Of a DNA stretch of 64,000 nt, positions 1-9,312 are shown in pieces. Every line of letters starts with the position of its first letter. Within the stretch, counting starts at the first letter, position 1. A program made the translations under genes and the position numbers. The notes beneath the pieces are model-generated. The model had not been told where the DNA came from. It did not search any database and saw nothing but the letters and a program-made list of their open reading frames with translations. The stretch comes from Fimbriimonadales bacterium (GTDB lineage Bacteria > Armatimonadota > Fimbriimonadia > Fimbriimonadales > ATM1), in contig JBPCLO010000051.1 in NCBI GenBank assembly GCA_051003155.1, positions 32,001-96,000 on the forward strand, read 5' to 3'.

Positions 1-597
1 CATCTTTTGGGAGGCGGCGAGGATCGCGTCCGACATCTCCTGGCGGCTCGGCTTCGGCAAGAGGCGGTAGACCACCCGCATCGCGTTCTCGAGAAAGACA
101 CCCGTAGGACTGCCGGCTTCATCCCGAACGATTTCGCCGCCCTTCACATCGGCCATGTCGGCAAGAGCGATCGCGGTCCGGTTGGCGATGCATGCGTGCC
201 CGCTCGTGTGCCTCAATATCGCCGGACGCCCGACGGTCACAGTTTCGAGTTCGTCGGCGGATAAATGCCGCCCGTCTTCAAATCGAGCCTGGTCGTACTG
301 AACGGCGAGCAGCCATTCGTCGCGAGTATCGGCCCCTCGTTCGCGGACACGATTCAAAACTTCCTCGCGCGACGCGCACCCGGTCAGATCGAGTTTTTGC
401 AGATCAAGCCCGGTCGCGAGAATATGGCAATGGCAATCCACGAAACCGGGCATGATAAATGCGCCACCGAGATCGGTGTCGTCGTCCGCGAAAGGCTCTT
501 CCGTCCCTCGATACGTGACCTTGCCGTCGCTGGAGACGTGCAGATTACAGGGCGAGCCGTCACGCCACCACCGTGCGTTTGTGAAGAGGTGAGACAT
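1..597 (-). CDS. Amidohydrolase family 3 (YtcJ-like), 3' end runs off the window
   Basis: Not in the ORF track. ATG at 597 directly follows the uvrB stop. Reads MSHLFTNARWW...DLGGAFIMPGFVDCHCHI...RHTSGHACIAN...RDEAGSPTGVFLE, with the PGFxDxHxH metal-binding motif; open to position 1. Confidence 0.85.
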   Translation of the reverse strand, partial: MSHLFTNARWWRDGSPCNLHVSSDGKVTYRGTEEPFADDDTDLGGAFIMPGFVDCHCHILATGLDLQKLDLTGCASREEVLNRVRERGADTRDEWLLAVQYDQARFEDGRHLSADELETVTVGRPAILRHTSGHACIANRTAIALADMADVKGGEIVRDEAGSPTGVFLENAMRVVYRLLPKPSRQEMSDAILAASQKM

Positions 598-2670
598 CTA
601 TTTTCTGTACTTCAGGTCTTTGCCTTTTCTCGGCGCGCGAATGAGGTTTCTCGCCGGGTTCGATATTCCCGCAATCTTTCTTAATTCGAAAATCTCATCG
701 CGCACTCGAGCGGCCTTTTCGAATTCCATTTCGCGCGCAAACCCGATCATTTCCTTTTCTAACCTCGCGACTTCTACAGGAATATCGGTGACATCTATGG
801 GTGACCCATCCGGCTTTCGCGCAGGAGGCAAACCATAAGCCGCAGATTCTTCGGCAACAAAATGGTAGCTGCGCACCGTTTCGCGCACCTTCTTGGCAAC
901 CGTCGTCGGTGACGTGCCGTGCTCTTCGTTATACTCTTCCTGTACCTGGCGTCTCCGGTTCGTTTCCGCCAGAGCCCGCTCCATCGAGCCGGTAATCCTG
1001 TCGGCATACATAATCACCCTACCGCCTACGTTCCTGGCCGCTCGGCCGATCGTCTGGATAAGCGAAGTGTCGGAGCGCAGAAAACCTTCCTTGTCCGCAT
1101 CGAGAATCGCGACAAGAGTCACCTCGGGAAGGTCCAATCCCTCGCGCAACAAATTAACACCCACCAGAACGTCATAAACGCCGAGGCGCAGGTCCCGAAG
1201 AATCTCGGGTCGCTCCAACGAGTGAACATCGCTGTGGATATATTGCACCTTGACATTTAGTTCTTGTAGATACGAAGTTAAATCCTCCGCCATTCTTTTA
1301 GTGAGAGTAGTAACCAGTGATCGTTCGCCCTTTTGAACGCGAACCTGAATTTCGTGAATTAAGTCGTCGACTTGCCCTTGCGTCGGGCGAATGTCCACTT
1401 CCGGATCAACCAAGAACGTCGGGCGAATGATCTGCTCGACCGTTTGGCTGCTGTTTTCTTTCTCGAAAGGCCCGGGCGTTGCGCTCACGAATATGATCTG
1501 GCCGGCTCTCTCTTTGAACTCCGCGAACTTCAGCGGCCGGTTGTCCATCGCGCTGGGAAGGCGGAAACCATACTCGACCAGTACGCCTTTTCGCTGAACG
1601 TCGCCGTTGTACATCGCGTTCAGCTGCGGAACGGTTTGGTGGCTCTCGTCGATAAAAATGATCGTGTCGGATGGCAGAAAGTCCAGCAGCGTATGCGGCG
1701 GCGTGCCGGGCTCTCTATTATCGAAAAATCGCGAGTAATTCTCGATCCCGTTGCAATATCCGACCTCGCGAAGCATTTCGATATCGAAATCCGTGCGCTG
1801 TCTAAGACGCTGCTCCTCCAATAATTTGCCTTGCGATGTGAATAATGCGCATTGGGCGTCACGCTCAGCCTCGATTTCGTCGATCACGTCTTCGATGCGG
1901 TCCCACGGCGTCACGTAATGTGTCGCAGGGAAAATGCTCACGCGCTGCGGCTCGTCCAAAACGTCTTGGGTCAACGGATCGATAAGGCGGATCCTCTCGA
2001 TTTCGTCGCCGAAGAATTCGATGCGAGTCGTTATTTCTTCGTCCTTGGGCTGAATTTCCAGAATATCGCCGTTGACGCGAAAAGTCCCACGGTTCAGCAC
2101 CATTTCGTTGCGCGTAAATTGCATCTGTACTAAAGAGCGCAAGATGTCCGAACGTAGCGCAGAGCCGCCAACCTGGAAACTTAGAACCTTATCCTTATAA
2201 ACGTCCGGGTCGCCCAGGCCATAAATGCACGACACGCTGGCGACGGTGACTAAATCGCGCCTTTCCAAAGCGGCTTGGGTGGCGGCGTGGCGCAGCCGAT
2301 CGATCTCCTCGTTCGTGCTCGAGTCCTTTTCTATATAGAGGTCCGCGCTCGGCACGTAGGCTTCGGGCTGGTAGTAGTCGTAATAGCTGATGAAGTACTG
2401 GACCGAGTTTTCGGGAAAGAACGCCCTGAACTCTTGGCAGAGCTGCGCGGCGAGCGTCTTGTTGTGCGCGATCACCAGCGCAGGCCTTTTTGCACGGGCG
2501 ATCACGCTGGCCATCGTGTACGTTTTCCCGGTGCCGGTAGCCCCCAGCAGGGTCTGGTAGCGGTAGCCGGTTTCCAGGCCCTCGAGCAATCCCTCGATCG
2601 CGCCGGGCTGGTCGCCGCGCGGCTCGTACTCCTGGCTTAAGTTGAATTCGGCGTCCTTGGTAAGAAGCAT
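598..2670 (-). CDS. uvrB: Excinuclease ABC subunit B
   Basis: GATGTGKT Walker A, YYDYYQPEAY, DESH, LREGLDLPEV, QTIGRAARN, C-terminal UVR coiled coil. Confidence 0.98.
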   Translation of the reverse strand: MLLTKDAEFNLSQEYEPRGDQPGAIEGLLEGLETGYRYQTLLGATGTGKTYTMASVIARAKRPALVIAHNKTLAAQLCQEFRAFFPENSVQYFISYYDYYQPEAYVPSADLYIEKDSSTNEEIDRLRHAATQAALERRDLVTVASVSCIYGLGDPDVYKDKVLSFQVGGSALRSDILRSLVQMQFTRNEMVLNRGTFRVNGDILEIQPKDEEITTRIEFFGDEIERIRLIDPLTQDVLDEPQRVSIFPATHYVTPWDRIEDVIDEIEAERDAQCALFTSQGKLLEEQRLRQRTDFDIEMLREVGYCNGIENYSRFFDNREPGTPPHTLLDFLPSDTIIFIDESHQTVPQLNAMYNGDVQRKGVLVEYGFRLPSAMDNRPLKFAEFKERAGQIIFVSATPGPFEKENSSQTVEQIIRPTFLVDPEVDIRPTQGQVDDLIHEIQVRVQKGERSLVTTLTKRMAEDLTSYLQELNVKVQYIHSDVHSLERPEILRDLRLGVYDVLVGVNLLREGLDLPEVTLVAILDADKEGFLRSDTSLIQTIGRAARNVGGRVIMYADRITGSMERALAETNRRRQVQEEYNEEHGTSPTTVAKKVRETVRSYHFVAEESAAYGLPPARKPDGSPIDVTDIPVEVARLEKEMIGFAREMEFEKAARVRDEIFELRKIAGISNPARNLIRAPRKGKDLKYRK

Positions 2671-2713
2671 TCGTCGACCAGTTTACTACGGCGGCAGCCC
2701 GTATAATAGGCGA

Positions 2714-3319
2714 ATGCCCACGCTTGTTCTTGTCCGCCACGGACAGTCGATTTGGAATGCCGAGGACCGCTTTACCGGCTGGATCGACGTGCCTCTTTCA
2801 TCAAAGGGAGAGGACGAGGCGCGAAGGGCAGGGCAACTGCTAAAAGGGTACAAGTTCGATGTGGCGTACACCAGCGCGCTTATGCGCGCCCAGGACACGC
2901 TGGCGATCATGATGGAGGAGATGGGCTGTGATATGCCCGTCATTCGCGACGCTGCCTTGAACGAACGGATGTACGGCCACCTGCAGGGCCTGAACAAAGA
3001 GCGGACAAGGGAGAGGTATAGCCCCGAAATTGTCCATCTTTGGAGGCGGAGTTTCGACATTCCACCGCCGGGCGGCGAGGCGCTCAAGGACACAGCCGCT
3101 CGAACGATTCCGTTTTACGAGGCCGCAATCTTGGGCGACCTGAGCCAGGGCAAGGACGTGCTCGTCGCCGCCCATGGGAACAGCAACCGCTCGATCGCTA
3201 TGGCTCTGGAGAACCTCACCCCCGAGCAAGTGGTCGGACTCGAAATGCCGACAGGCGTGCCGTATGTCTACGGGGTCGACAAGAACGGCAAAATGAAGGG
3301 CAAGAGAATTCTCTCTTAG
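2714..3319 (+). CDS. gpmA: 2,3-bisphosphoglycerate-dependent phosphoglycerate mutase
   Basis: LVLVRHGQS..N...FTGW.DV.L, LNERMYG.LQGLNK, AHGNS; ATG 2714 follows TATAAT by 6 nt. Confidence 0.95.
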   Translation: MPTLVLVRHGQSIWNAEDRFTGWIDVPLSSKGEDEARRAGQLLKGYKFDVAYTSALMRAQDTLAIMMEEMGCDMPVIRDAALNERMYGHLQGLNKERTRERYSPEIVHLWRRSFDIPPPGGEALKDTAARTIPFYEAAILGDLSQGKDVLVAAHGNSNRSIAMALENLTPEQVVGLEMPTGVPYVYGVDKNGKMKGKRILS

Positions 3320-3622
3320 TGTTTCCGGCAGCGGGGCTGTGCGTACCGGTCTATTTCGTCCACCACCTGTTCCATCTCTGCGTCGGACCTTACGCCGGAG
3401 TAGTAGACCGCGTACGAGAGATCCGTAGTAGCTGGCGTCTTTCCATCTCTGAATCCGCGGGTGCCGCTCGATCGCCGAGCGGACGTATTCGGCGGAATCT
3501 ACGTCCAAGACCCGCCACTCGCCGCCCGAGTTATTGAGCACCACGAACACGCCTCGTTGGTCGACGATTTCATATAGCTGGGTGTATGGCCCGTCGAAGT
3601 CGTAATCGGCAATGGAGGACAT
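3316..3622 (-). pseudogene. Small hypothetical protein (GIY-YIG-like fold by inference) with one frameshift
   Basis: GGAGG RBS, then MSSIADYDFDGPY...GVFVVL...WKDASYYGSL; continues in another frame as SYAVYYSG...EIDRYAQPRCRKH-stop. Length 307 nt; adding TC in the TCTCTC run near 3415 restores a 102-aa ORF. Confidence 0.55.
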
Positions 3623-3686
3623 TTCAAAACCACCTCCACGGCGACGATCGGTAGGTAGAGTAATATTCCTGCGCTTAGCCCAAAAT

Positions 3687-3780
3687 GGGGGCGGATGGGT
3701 GCTGGTGTGCCTTCCGGTCTTCAAAACCGGTGTGACTCGCTTGCGGGTCAGGTGGGTTCGATTCCCACACGCTCCCGCCA
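3687..3780 (+). tRNA. selC: tRNA-Sec (anticodon UCA)
   Basis: Anticodon arm CCGGT-CTTCAAA-ACCGG (TCA at 3721-3723), 6-bp D-stem with 4-nt loop, long variable arm TGACTCGC/GCGGGTCA, T-arm GTGGG-TTCGATT-CCCAC, 8-position acceptor stem, GCCA end; 94 nt. Confidence 0.95.
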
Positions 3781-3865
3781 CTTCTTAAGCACAGCCTATC
3801 CGATTGACTCCGCGGGAGATGCGTCAGCGACCGTCCTACCGAGCAACCACCCGTGCAAGGCGAAC

Positions 3866-5533
3866 CTATCGTGAGGCCGAGAACTCGCCGTGTTGCGGCG
3901 CATGATCAGCAGGCGACAGCACGCCGCGCTCTTCCCATCGCCCGAGGTCCGTGTCCGATGTTCGCTGCACGGCTACAACCTCGCCCTTTCCGTTGATATC
4001 CACGTCGAGGGCGCTCCACGCGGGGCGCTCGCCGGGCGGCAGCAAGGTCTGATGGCGAACCGCATTCAGGCTCGCCTGCATTTTCTCCGTGAACGTCGTG
4101 GGATACAAGCCCATCCAGAAAACGAACACGAGCAGCGCCCAACAGAGCCCCTGTTCCCACGGCTTGATGTCCCGTAGGTTCGTGAGCGACGGTTTATCCA
4201 GCGACCCATAGAACACCTTCTGGTACATCCAAAGGAGATACACCGCCGCTAGGACGACGCCCGACCCCGCGAGCACCGGCATCCACATGGGCACCTGCCC
4301 GTTGAAACCCGCCTGGAAAGCGCCGATCATCGAAAGGAACTCACCGATGAAGCCGTTCATGCTGGGAAGGCCAACGGACGAGAGCATGATCAAAAGGAAC
4401 AGCATCGCGAACATCGGCATCTGCCGCTTCAGACCGCCGTAATCCGCAAAGAGCCGAGTGTGTGTGCGCTCGTAAATCATGCCAACCATAAGGAACAGCG
4501 CCCCCGTGCTGATGCCGTGGTTGATGGATTGCATAACCGCCCCGGTGAGCCCGTTATGGTTCAGGGCGAAGACGCCGAGCATGACGAACCCGAGGTGCGA
4601 AACGGACGAGTACGCGACGAGCCTCTTCCAGTCCGGTTGCACCGCCGCCATGACGGCGCCGTAGATAATCCCAATGACTGCCAGGCCCATCATAAACGGC
4701 GCTGCTTGAATCGCGGATTCTGGGAAGAGCGGCAGACAGAACCGCAGGAACCCGTAGACCCCCATCTTCAGCATGACCGCGGCCAGGATGATCGAGCCGG
4801 CGGTCGGCGCTTCGGTGTGCGCGTCGGGCAGCCACGTGTGAACCGGAAACATCGGCACCTTCACGGCGAATGCCACCGCGAAAGCCGCGAACAGCCACAT
4901 CTGCACCGGCCCGTTGAAAAGGTCACCTTGCGACGCCATCTCCTGGAGCCGAATTAGGTCGAAGGTGCCGGCCTTCGCGTGCAGCGCGATAATGGCTACC
5001 AGCATAAAGATCGAGCCGAGAAACGTGTAAAGGAAAAACTTGATCGACGAATAGATGCGGTACTTGCCTCCCCAAATCGCGATCAGGAAGTACATGGGTA
5101 CCAGCGTCGCCTCGAAGAACACGTAGAACAGGATCAGGTCGAGCGCGCAGAACACTCCGAGCATCGCAGTTTCGAGGATCAGGAGCCAGATCATGAACTC
5201 CTTTGCTCGCTCCTTCACATAGAAGCTGAACCACACAGAAATGACCGTGATAAACGTGGTTAGCAGAACGAGCCAGAGGCTAATGCCGTCAATCCCAAGC
5301 TTGTAGGTTATCCCGAGCGACTCGATCCACGGGGTGCTCTCCGTCATCTGAAAGTGAAACGTGTTGCCGCTGAATTTCTGATAAATTCCCAGTGAAAGGA
5401 TGAACGTCGCCAAGCTCACCAAGAGCGCCCCCATCCTGTGCACTTTCTGCGCTTCTCTCGGCACGAGCATCAGCAGGAACGCGCCAAAAAGCGGCAGGAA
5501 GATGGCCAGACTAAGAATTCCCATGGAGCCCAC
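3866..5533 (-). CDS. nuoM: NADH-quinone oxidoreductase subunit M
   Basis: LGIDGISLWL, FFEATLVPMY, AFAVKVPMFPVHTWLPDAHTEAP, KRLVAYSSVSH; multi-TM. Confidence 0.93.
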   Translation of the reverse strand: MGSMGILSLAIFLPLFGAFLLMLVPREAQKVHRMGALLVSLATFILSLGIYQKFSGNTFHFQMTESTPWIESLGITYKLGIDGISLWLVLLTTFITVISVWFSFYVKERAKEFMIWLLILETAMLGVFCALDLILFYVFFEATLVPMYFLIAIWGGKYRIYSSIKFFLYTFLGSIFMLVAIIALHAKAGTFDLIRLQEMASQGDLFNGPVQMWLFAAFAVAFAVKVPMFPVHTWLPDAHTEAPTAGSIILAAVMLKMGVYGFLRFCLPLFPESAIQAAPFMMGLAVIGIIYGAVMAAVQPDWKRLVAYSSVSHLGFVMLGVFALNHNGLTGAVMQSINHGISTGALFLMVGMIYERTHTRLFADYGGLKRQMPMFAMLFLLIMLSSVGLPSMNGFIGEFLSMIGAFQAGFNGQVPMWMPVLAGSGVVLAAVYLLWMYQKVFYGSLDKPSLTNLRDIKPWEQGLCWALLVFVFWMGLYPTTFTEKMQASLNAVRHQTLLPPGERPAWSALDVDINGKGEVVAVQRTSDTDLGRWEERGVLSPADHAPQHGEFSASR

Positions 5534-5923
5534 GAAGTTTTACCCTTTTGCAGTCAAACCCTTTGGGAGTGGGCGTGCTACTCGCAATTGAAACTTGCAC
5601 GAGTCGTCATCACGTGACCAGCGACTCAGGGAATAAGACGTGGTAACGACGGGGCCAGCGAGCGACTCTACAAGCTAACGTCGTGATTGACGAAGGTTTC
5701 GGAGTTCGGGGGCAGTTGCCCGAATACGGACGCCTTCTCTTCCGCGAAGGCGGCCAGCATTCGATCTGGGTGAACCCGATCAATTAAGCGGTCGACCGTT
5801 TCGCGCCAACCAGAACTCGATCCGGTGACATGTCGTGCAATTTGCAAACAGCCTAATATCCCTGCGCATCTGGGTCGTTAGGCGGACAGCTGGGCAGACT
5901 CTGTCGCCGATCCCTCAGACCGC

Positions 5924-6098
5924 TCACTCTACCGCGATGTCGCGGTTCCGCGCTGTGAGTTCTTCAAAAGCGTCCAGGACGTGTCCTTGGCTCGTTCCTT
6001 GCTCTTCCCCTGTGAGATCGCGCTGGGACTTCCGCTATCGAGGCAACCCAAAAGCCATCCTCGCCCTTCTCGTAAATGATCGTCAGCTTGGTGTCCAC
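5924..6098 (-). pseudogene. HicB-family antitoxin fragment with two 1-nt deletions
   Basis: GTG start after CATAAT. Reads MDTKLTIIYEKGEDGFWVASIAEVP(G)AISQGKSKERAKD(N)VLDAFEEL across two frame changes, matching the HicB N-terminal pattern; 175 nt. Confidence 0.6.
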
Positions 6099-6236
6099 TT
6101 GACGCAATTATGGAAGGCCCGTCGCTGGGTTAGCCTTTTACTTCGCCCTGCAAGCATGTGCCGCACGTAGTTCGGCCTCGTTAGACTCCAGCGGCGCGCC
6201 CTCGGACCAGGTGAAGTCTTTCGGCGGTAACCTGAC

Positions 6237-9044
6237 GTGACAATGCTCGTTTCGCTAGTGCTGATGCTCACCCTATCAACCTCGGACCCGTTTCATGGCG
6301 CGCACTGGCTCACGGTGCCGAGCAAGCCACACCCAATCGAAAGCGCATCGTGGATATGGGCGCACTCAGGCGGGGACACCCCGACGGCGCGGGGCGCTCC
6401 CGCCGGGGAAGTCGTTCTTCGTCGCGAGTTCGAGGTCGTGAACCTTCCCGCGTCCGCGATCATGTATTTCGCTTGCGACAATCGAGCCGAGGTTCTTCTA
6501 AACGGCAACCGTATCGGCGGTTCCACGGATTGGAGAACACAAACCGAAATCGAGCTGACTGGCTCGTTGCGAATCGGCGTCAACTCTCTCAAGGTCGTCG
6601 CGGTCAACGATCCCGGGGGACCGACGAATCCAGGCGGGTTCATTGCGGCGATCGATTTCGGCGAGGCCGTCATATTGACGGACAAAACGTGGACCGCGGA
6701 CGATGGCACGGTAGTCGAGCTTGGCCCGGCCGCCACCGATCCTTGGCATATGCGAGGGGTCGACGAAGCGCCCTGCCCGATCTTTCGCAAGGAGTTCGCA
6801 GTGCCGTCGGAAATCCGCCGGGCGACGGCCCGCATAATCGGCCTGGGCCACTTTCAGCTGCGGATCAACGGAAAACCGGTCGGCGACGCCATTAATCAGA
6901 CGTGGTCGGAGTACGACAAACGCATCTACTTCCAGAAGTTCGACATCACCGACGCCCTGCGTAAGGGCGACAATGCGATGGGGGTTCTGTTGGGAAACGG
7001 CTTTTGGATCGTGTCCGAGCCGCCGGACGGCCGCGCGGTAAAGGGCGATGCGATGCCGGACTTCAGCGATGGGCGGAGATACCTCTTGCGCTATGCGATC
7101 GAAATCGAATTAACGAACGGCGAGAAAATCACAGTCGCCAGCGACGCCTCCACGAAATGGTTTCCGGGACCCGTGACCCTTTCGCACATTTACGCCGGCG
7201 AGGATTTCGATGCCCGCAAAGAACCGCACGGCTGGGACGGGCCCGGCTTTGACGATACGGACTGGCAAACGCCGATCACTGCCAAGGCCCCATCAGCCGT
7301 AATAGCCCAACAGTTCTGGCCCCCGTTAGCCGAGAAGGACGTCTTCCGTCCGACCGAAATCAAGAACGCTAAACCCGGTGTCTGGAGCTACGTCTTCCCT
7401 CAGAACGCCAGCGCGATCATCCGGGTTACCGTCCGAGGAAAGGCTGGTCAAACCATCCGGTTGAAGCCGTCGGAAGTAATGACTGACGACGGCGAGGTTC
7501 AGCAGTTGAACCTGTGGGGCAAGCGGTGCACGTTCGACTACACGCTGCGCGGCGGCGGAATCGAAAAACATCAGTGGCTGTTCCACTACAACGGATTTCG
7601 ATACGTGGAGCTGACGGGCGCTGTGCCCAAAGGGAAGCCGAACCCTGATGGGTTGCCCGTGGTCGAATCGATGGAGATGGTGCATGTGCGGACGGACAAC
7701 CGCCAAGCCGGTGAATTTCGAAGCAGCAGCGGCCTGTACAACAAGACACACGCGCTGGTCGACTGGGCGATGCGCTCGAACATGAGCTTCGTGATGACGG
7801 ACTGCCCGCACCGCGAAAAGCTCGGCTGGCTGGAGTGCGCCCATTTGCTCGCGCGCACTTTCGCGTATCGTTACGACTGCCGCGAGTGGTTCAAGAAGAT
7901 TTGCGCCGACATGCGCGACGCGCAGCTGCCGAACGGCCGAGTGCTGACGGTCGCGCCGAAGTACCTGATGCGCCCGCCCGACGACATGTACGCGTTCACC
8001 GTCGAGTGGGGCGCCGCGAGCGTTCTGCTGCCGTGGCAGGCGTACGAGTGGTACGGCGACAAGAGCTTTCTGTCCGAAAACTATACGATGATGAAAGCGT
8101 TTGTGAATCATTTGGAGTCGGTTTCGAAGGACTTCATCGCCCCGGGCATGCTCGGCGACTGGTACGACTACGGGCACGGCCAGTCACCGGGGCCGAGCCG
8201 CTTCACCCCGACCGATCTGAGCGCGACGGCCTGCTGGGCGATGTGTGTGAACGCGGCCGCAGACGCTTCGCGCGTGCTGGGGATGAAAGAAGACGAGCGC
8301 AAATACCGCGCGATGTGGGGGCGGATTCGCGAATCCTTCTTGCGAGAATTCTACAACCCTAAGACTCACACCTTCAAGAACAACGGAAGCCCGCAAACAG
8401 CGCACGCGATGGCGCTGTGCGCGAACCTCGTTCCGGAGGCAGACCGCGGCGAGGTGCTGCAAGTTTTACTCGACGACTTGGAGAAGCGCGGCTACCAGCA
8501 AACTTCAGGTGACGCAGGTCATCTCTTTTTCATCCGGGCTCTCGCCGAGGCGGGTCGATCGGACGCGCTCCACGAAGTCTACTCGCGCACCGGAACGGGC
8601 AGCTATGGCGGAATACTGGCGAAGGGGCTAACGTCCATGCCGGAAACATGGGACGCGATTACGGTGGGCAGCAACTCGCTTAACCACTGCATGCTCGGGC
8701 ACGTAATGGAATGGTTCTATGGCTGGTTGCTGGGAATCCGCCAGGTGGACGGTTCGATTGGTTGGAAAGACGTCCTGATCTGCCCTGAGCCCGGTGACCT
8801 CACGACTTGCGCGGGCTACCTGGAAACGCCCAAGGGGCGTATTGGCGTCGAGTGGCGAATGCGTAAGGACAGGTTCGAACTCGACGTCGACCTCCCTCCG
8901 GGTTGTTCCGCCTCTGCCCTCTTGCCTTTCGGCGAGGCCGTCAGGGTTAACGGTCGAGCCTCGAAGCTACAGACCGGAGAATTCGGTCGGGCGAAGGTTG
9001 CCCTTGCCGCCGGCAGATCAAAAATCGTCGCGAAGAAATCTTGA
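6237..9044 (+). CDS. Alpha-L-rhamnosidase (GH78 family)
   Basis: Signal peptide, IYAGEDFDAR, FHYNGFRYVE, TDCPHREKLGW, SMPETWD, SLNHCMLG motifs. Confidence 0.9.
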   Translation: MTMLVSLVLMLTLSTSDPFHGAHWLTVPSKPHPIESASWIWAHSGGDTPTARGAPAGEVVLRREFEVVNLPASAIMYFACDNRAEVLLNGNRIGGSTDWRTQTEIELTGSLRIGVNSLKVVAVNDPGGPTNPGGFIAAIDFGEAVILTDKTWTADDGTVVELGPAATDPWHMRGVDEAPCPIFRKEFAVPSEIRRATARIIGLGHFQLRINGKPVGDAINQTWSEYDKRIYFQKFDITDALRKGDNAMGVLLGNGFWIVSEPPDGRAVKGDAMPDFSDGRRYLLRYAIEIELTNGEKITVASDASTKWFPGPVTLSHIYAGEDFDARKEPHGWDGPGFDDTDWQTPITAKAPSAVIAQQFWPPLAEKDVFRPTEIKNAKPGVWSYVFPQNASAIIRVTVRGKAGQTIRLKPSEVMTDDGEVQQLNLWGKRCTFDYTLRGGGIEKHQWLFHYNGFRYVELTGAVPKGKPNPDGLPVVESMEMVHVRTDNRQAGEFRSSSGLYNKTHALVDWAMRSNMSFVMTDCPHREKLGWLECAHLLARTFAYRYDCREWFKKICADMRDAQLPNGRVLTVAPKYLMRPPDDMYAFTVEWGAASVLLPWQAYEWYGDKSFLSENYTMMKAFVNHLESVSKDFIAPGMLGDWYDYGHGQSPGPSRFTPTDLSATACWAMCVNAAADASRVLGMKEDERKYRAMWGRIRESFLREFYNPKTHTFKNNGSPQTAHAMALCANLVPEADRGEVLQVLLDDLEKRGYQQTSGDAGHLFFIRALAEAGRSDALHEVYSRTGTGSYGGILAKGLTSMPETWDAITVGSNSLNHCMLGHVMEWFYGWLLGIRQVDGSIGWKDVLICPEPGDLTTCAGYLETPKGRIGVEWRMRKDRFELDVDLPPGCSASALLPFGEAVRVNGRASKLQTGEFGRAKVALAAGRSKIVAKKS

Positions 9045-9312
9045 AGCTCTGCACCCTAACGCTAAGGAAGAGCCACCAGCAAAGCGCTGACGACCAGTAG
9101 ACGAACAACCCTTGCTACTCGGCGGTTTCATGGACCTGGTATCAGGCTACCAGGAAGCTTCATTGATGTTCTCGATATCCGGGGAAGGCTCACCATGCTC
9201 GGTCGATAGCCCAGACAACTATGCATTGGATCTCTCGGGCGAACACGGACGTCCAAAGTACGTTCCTCTCCATCGCTCACGCGCGTCTAAACTGGCAGAA
9301 CAGGAGGGAGAC

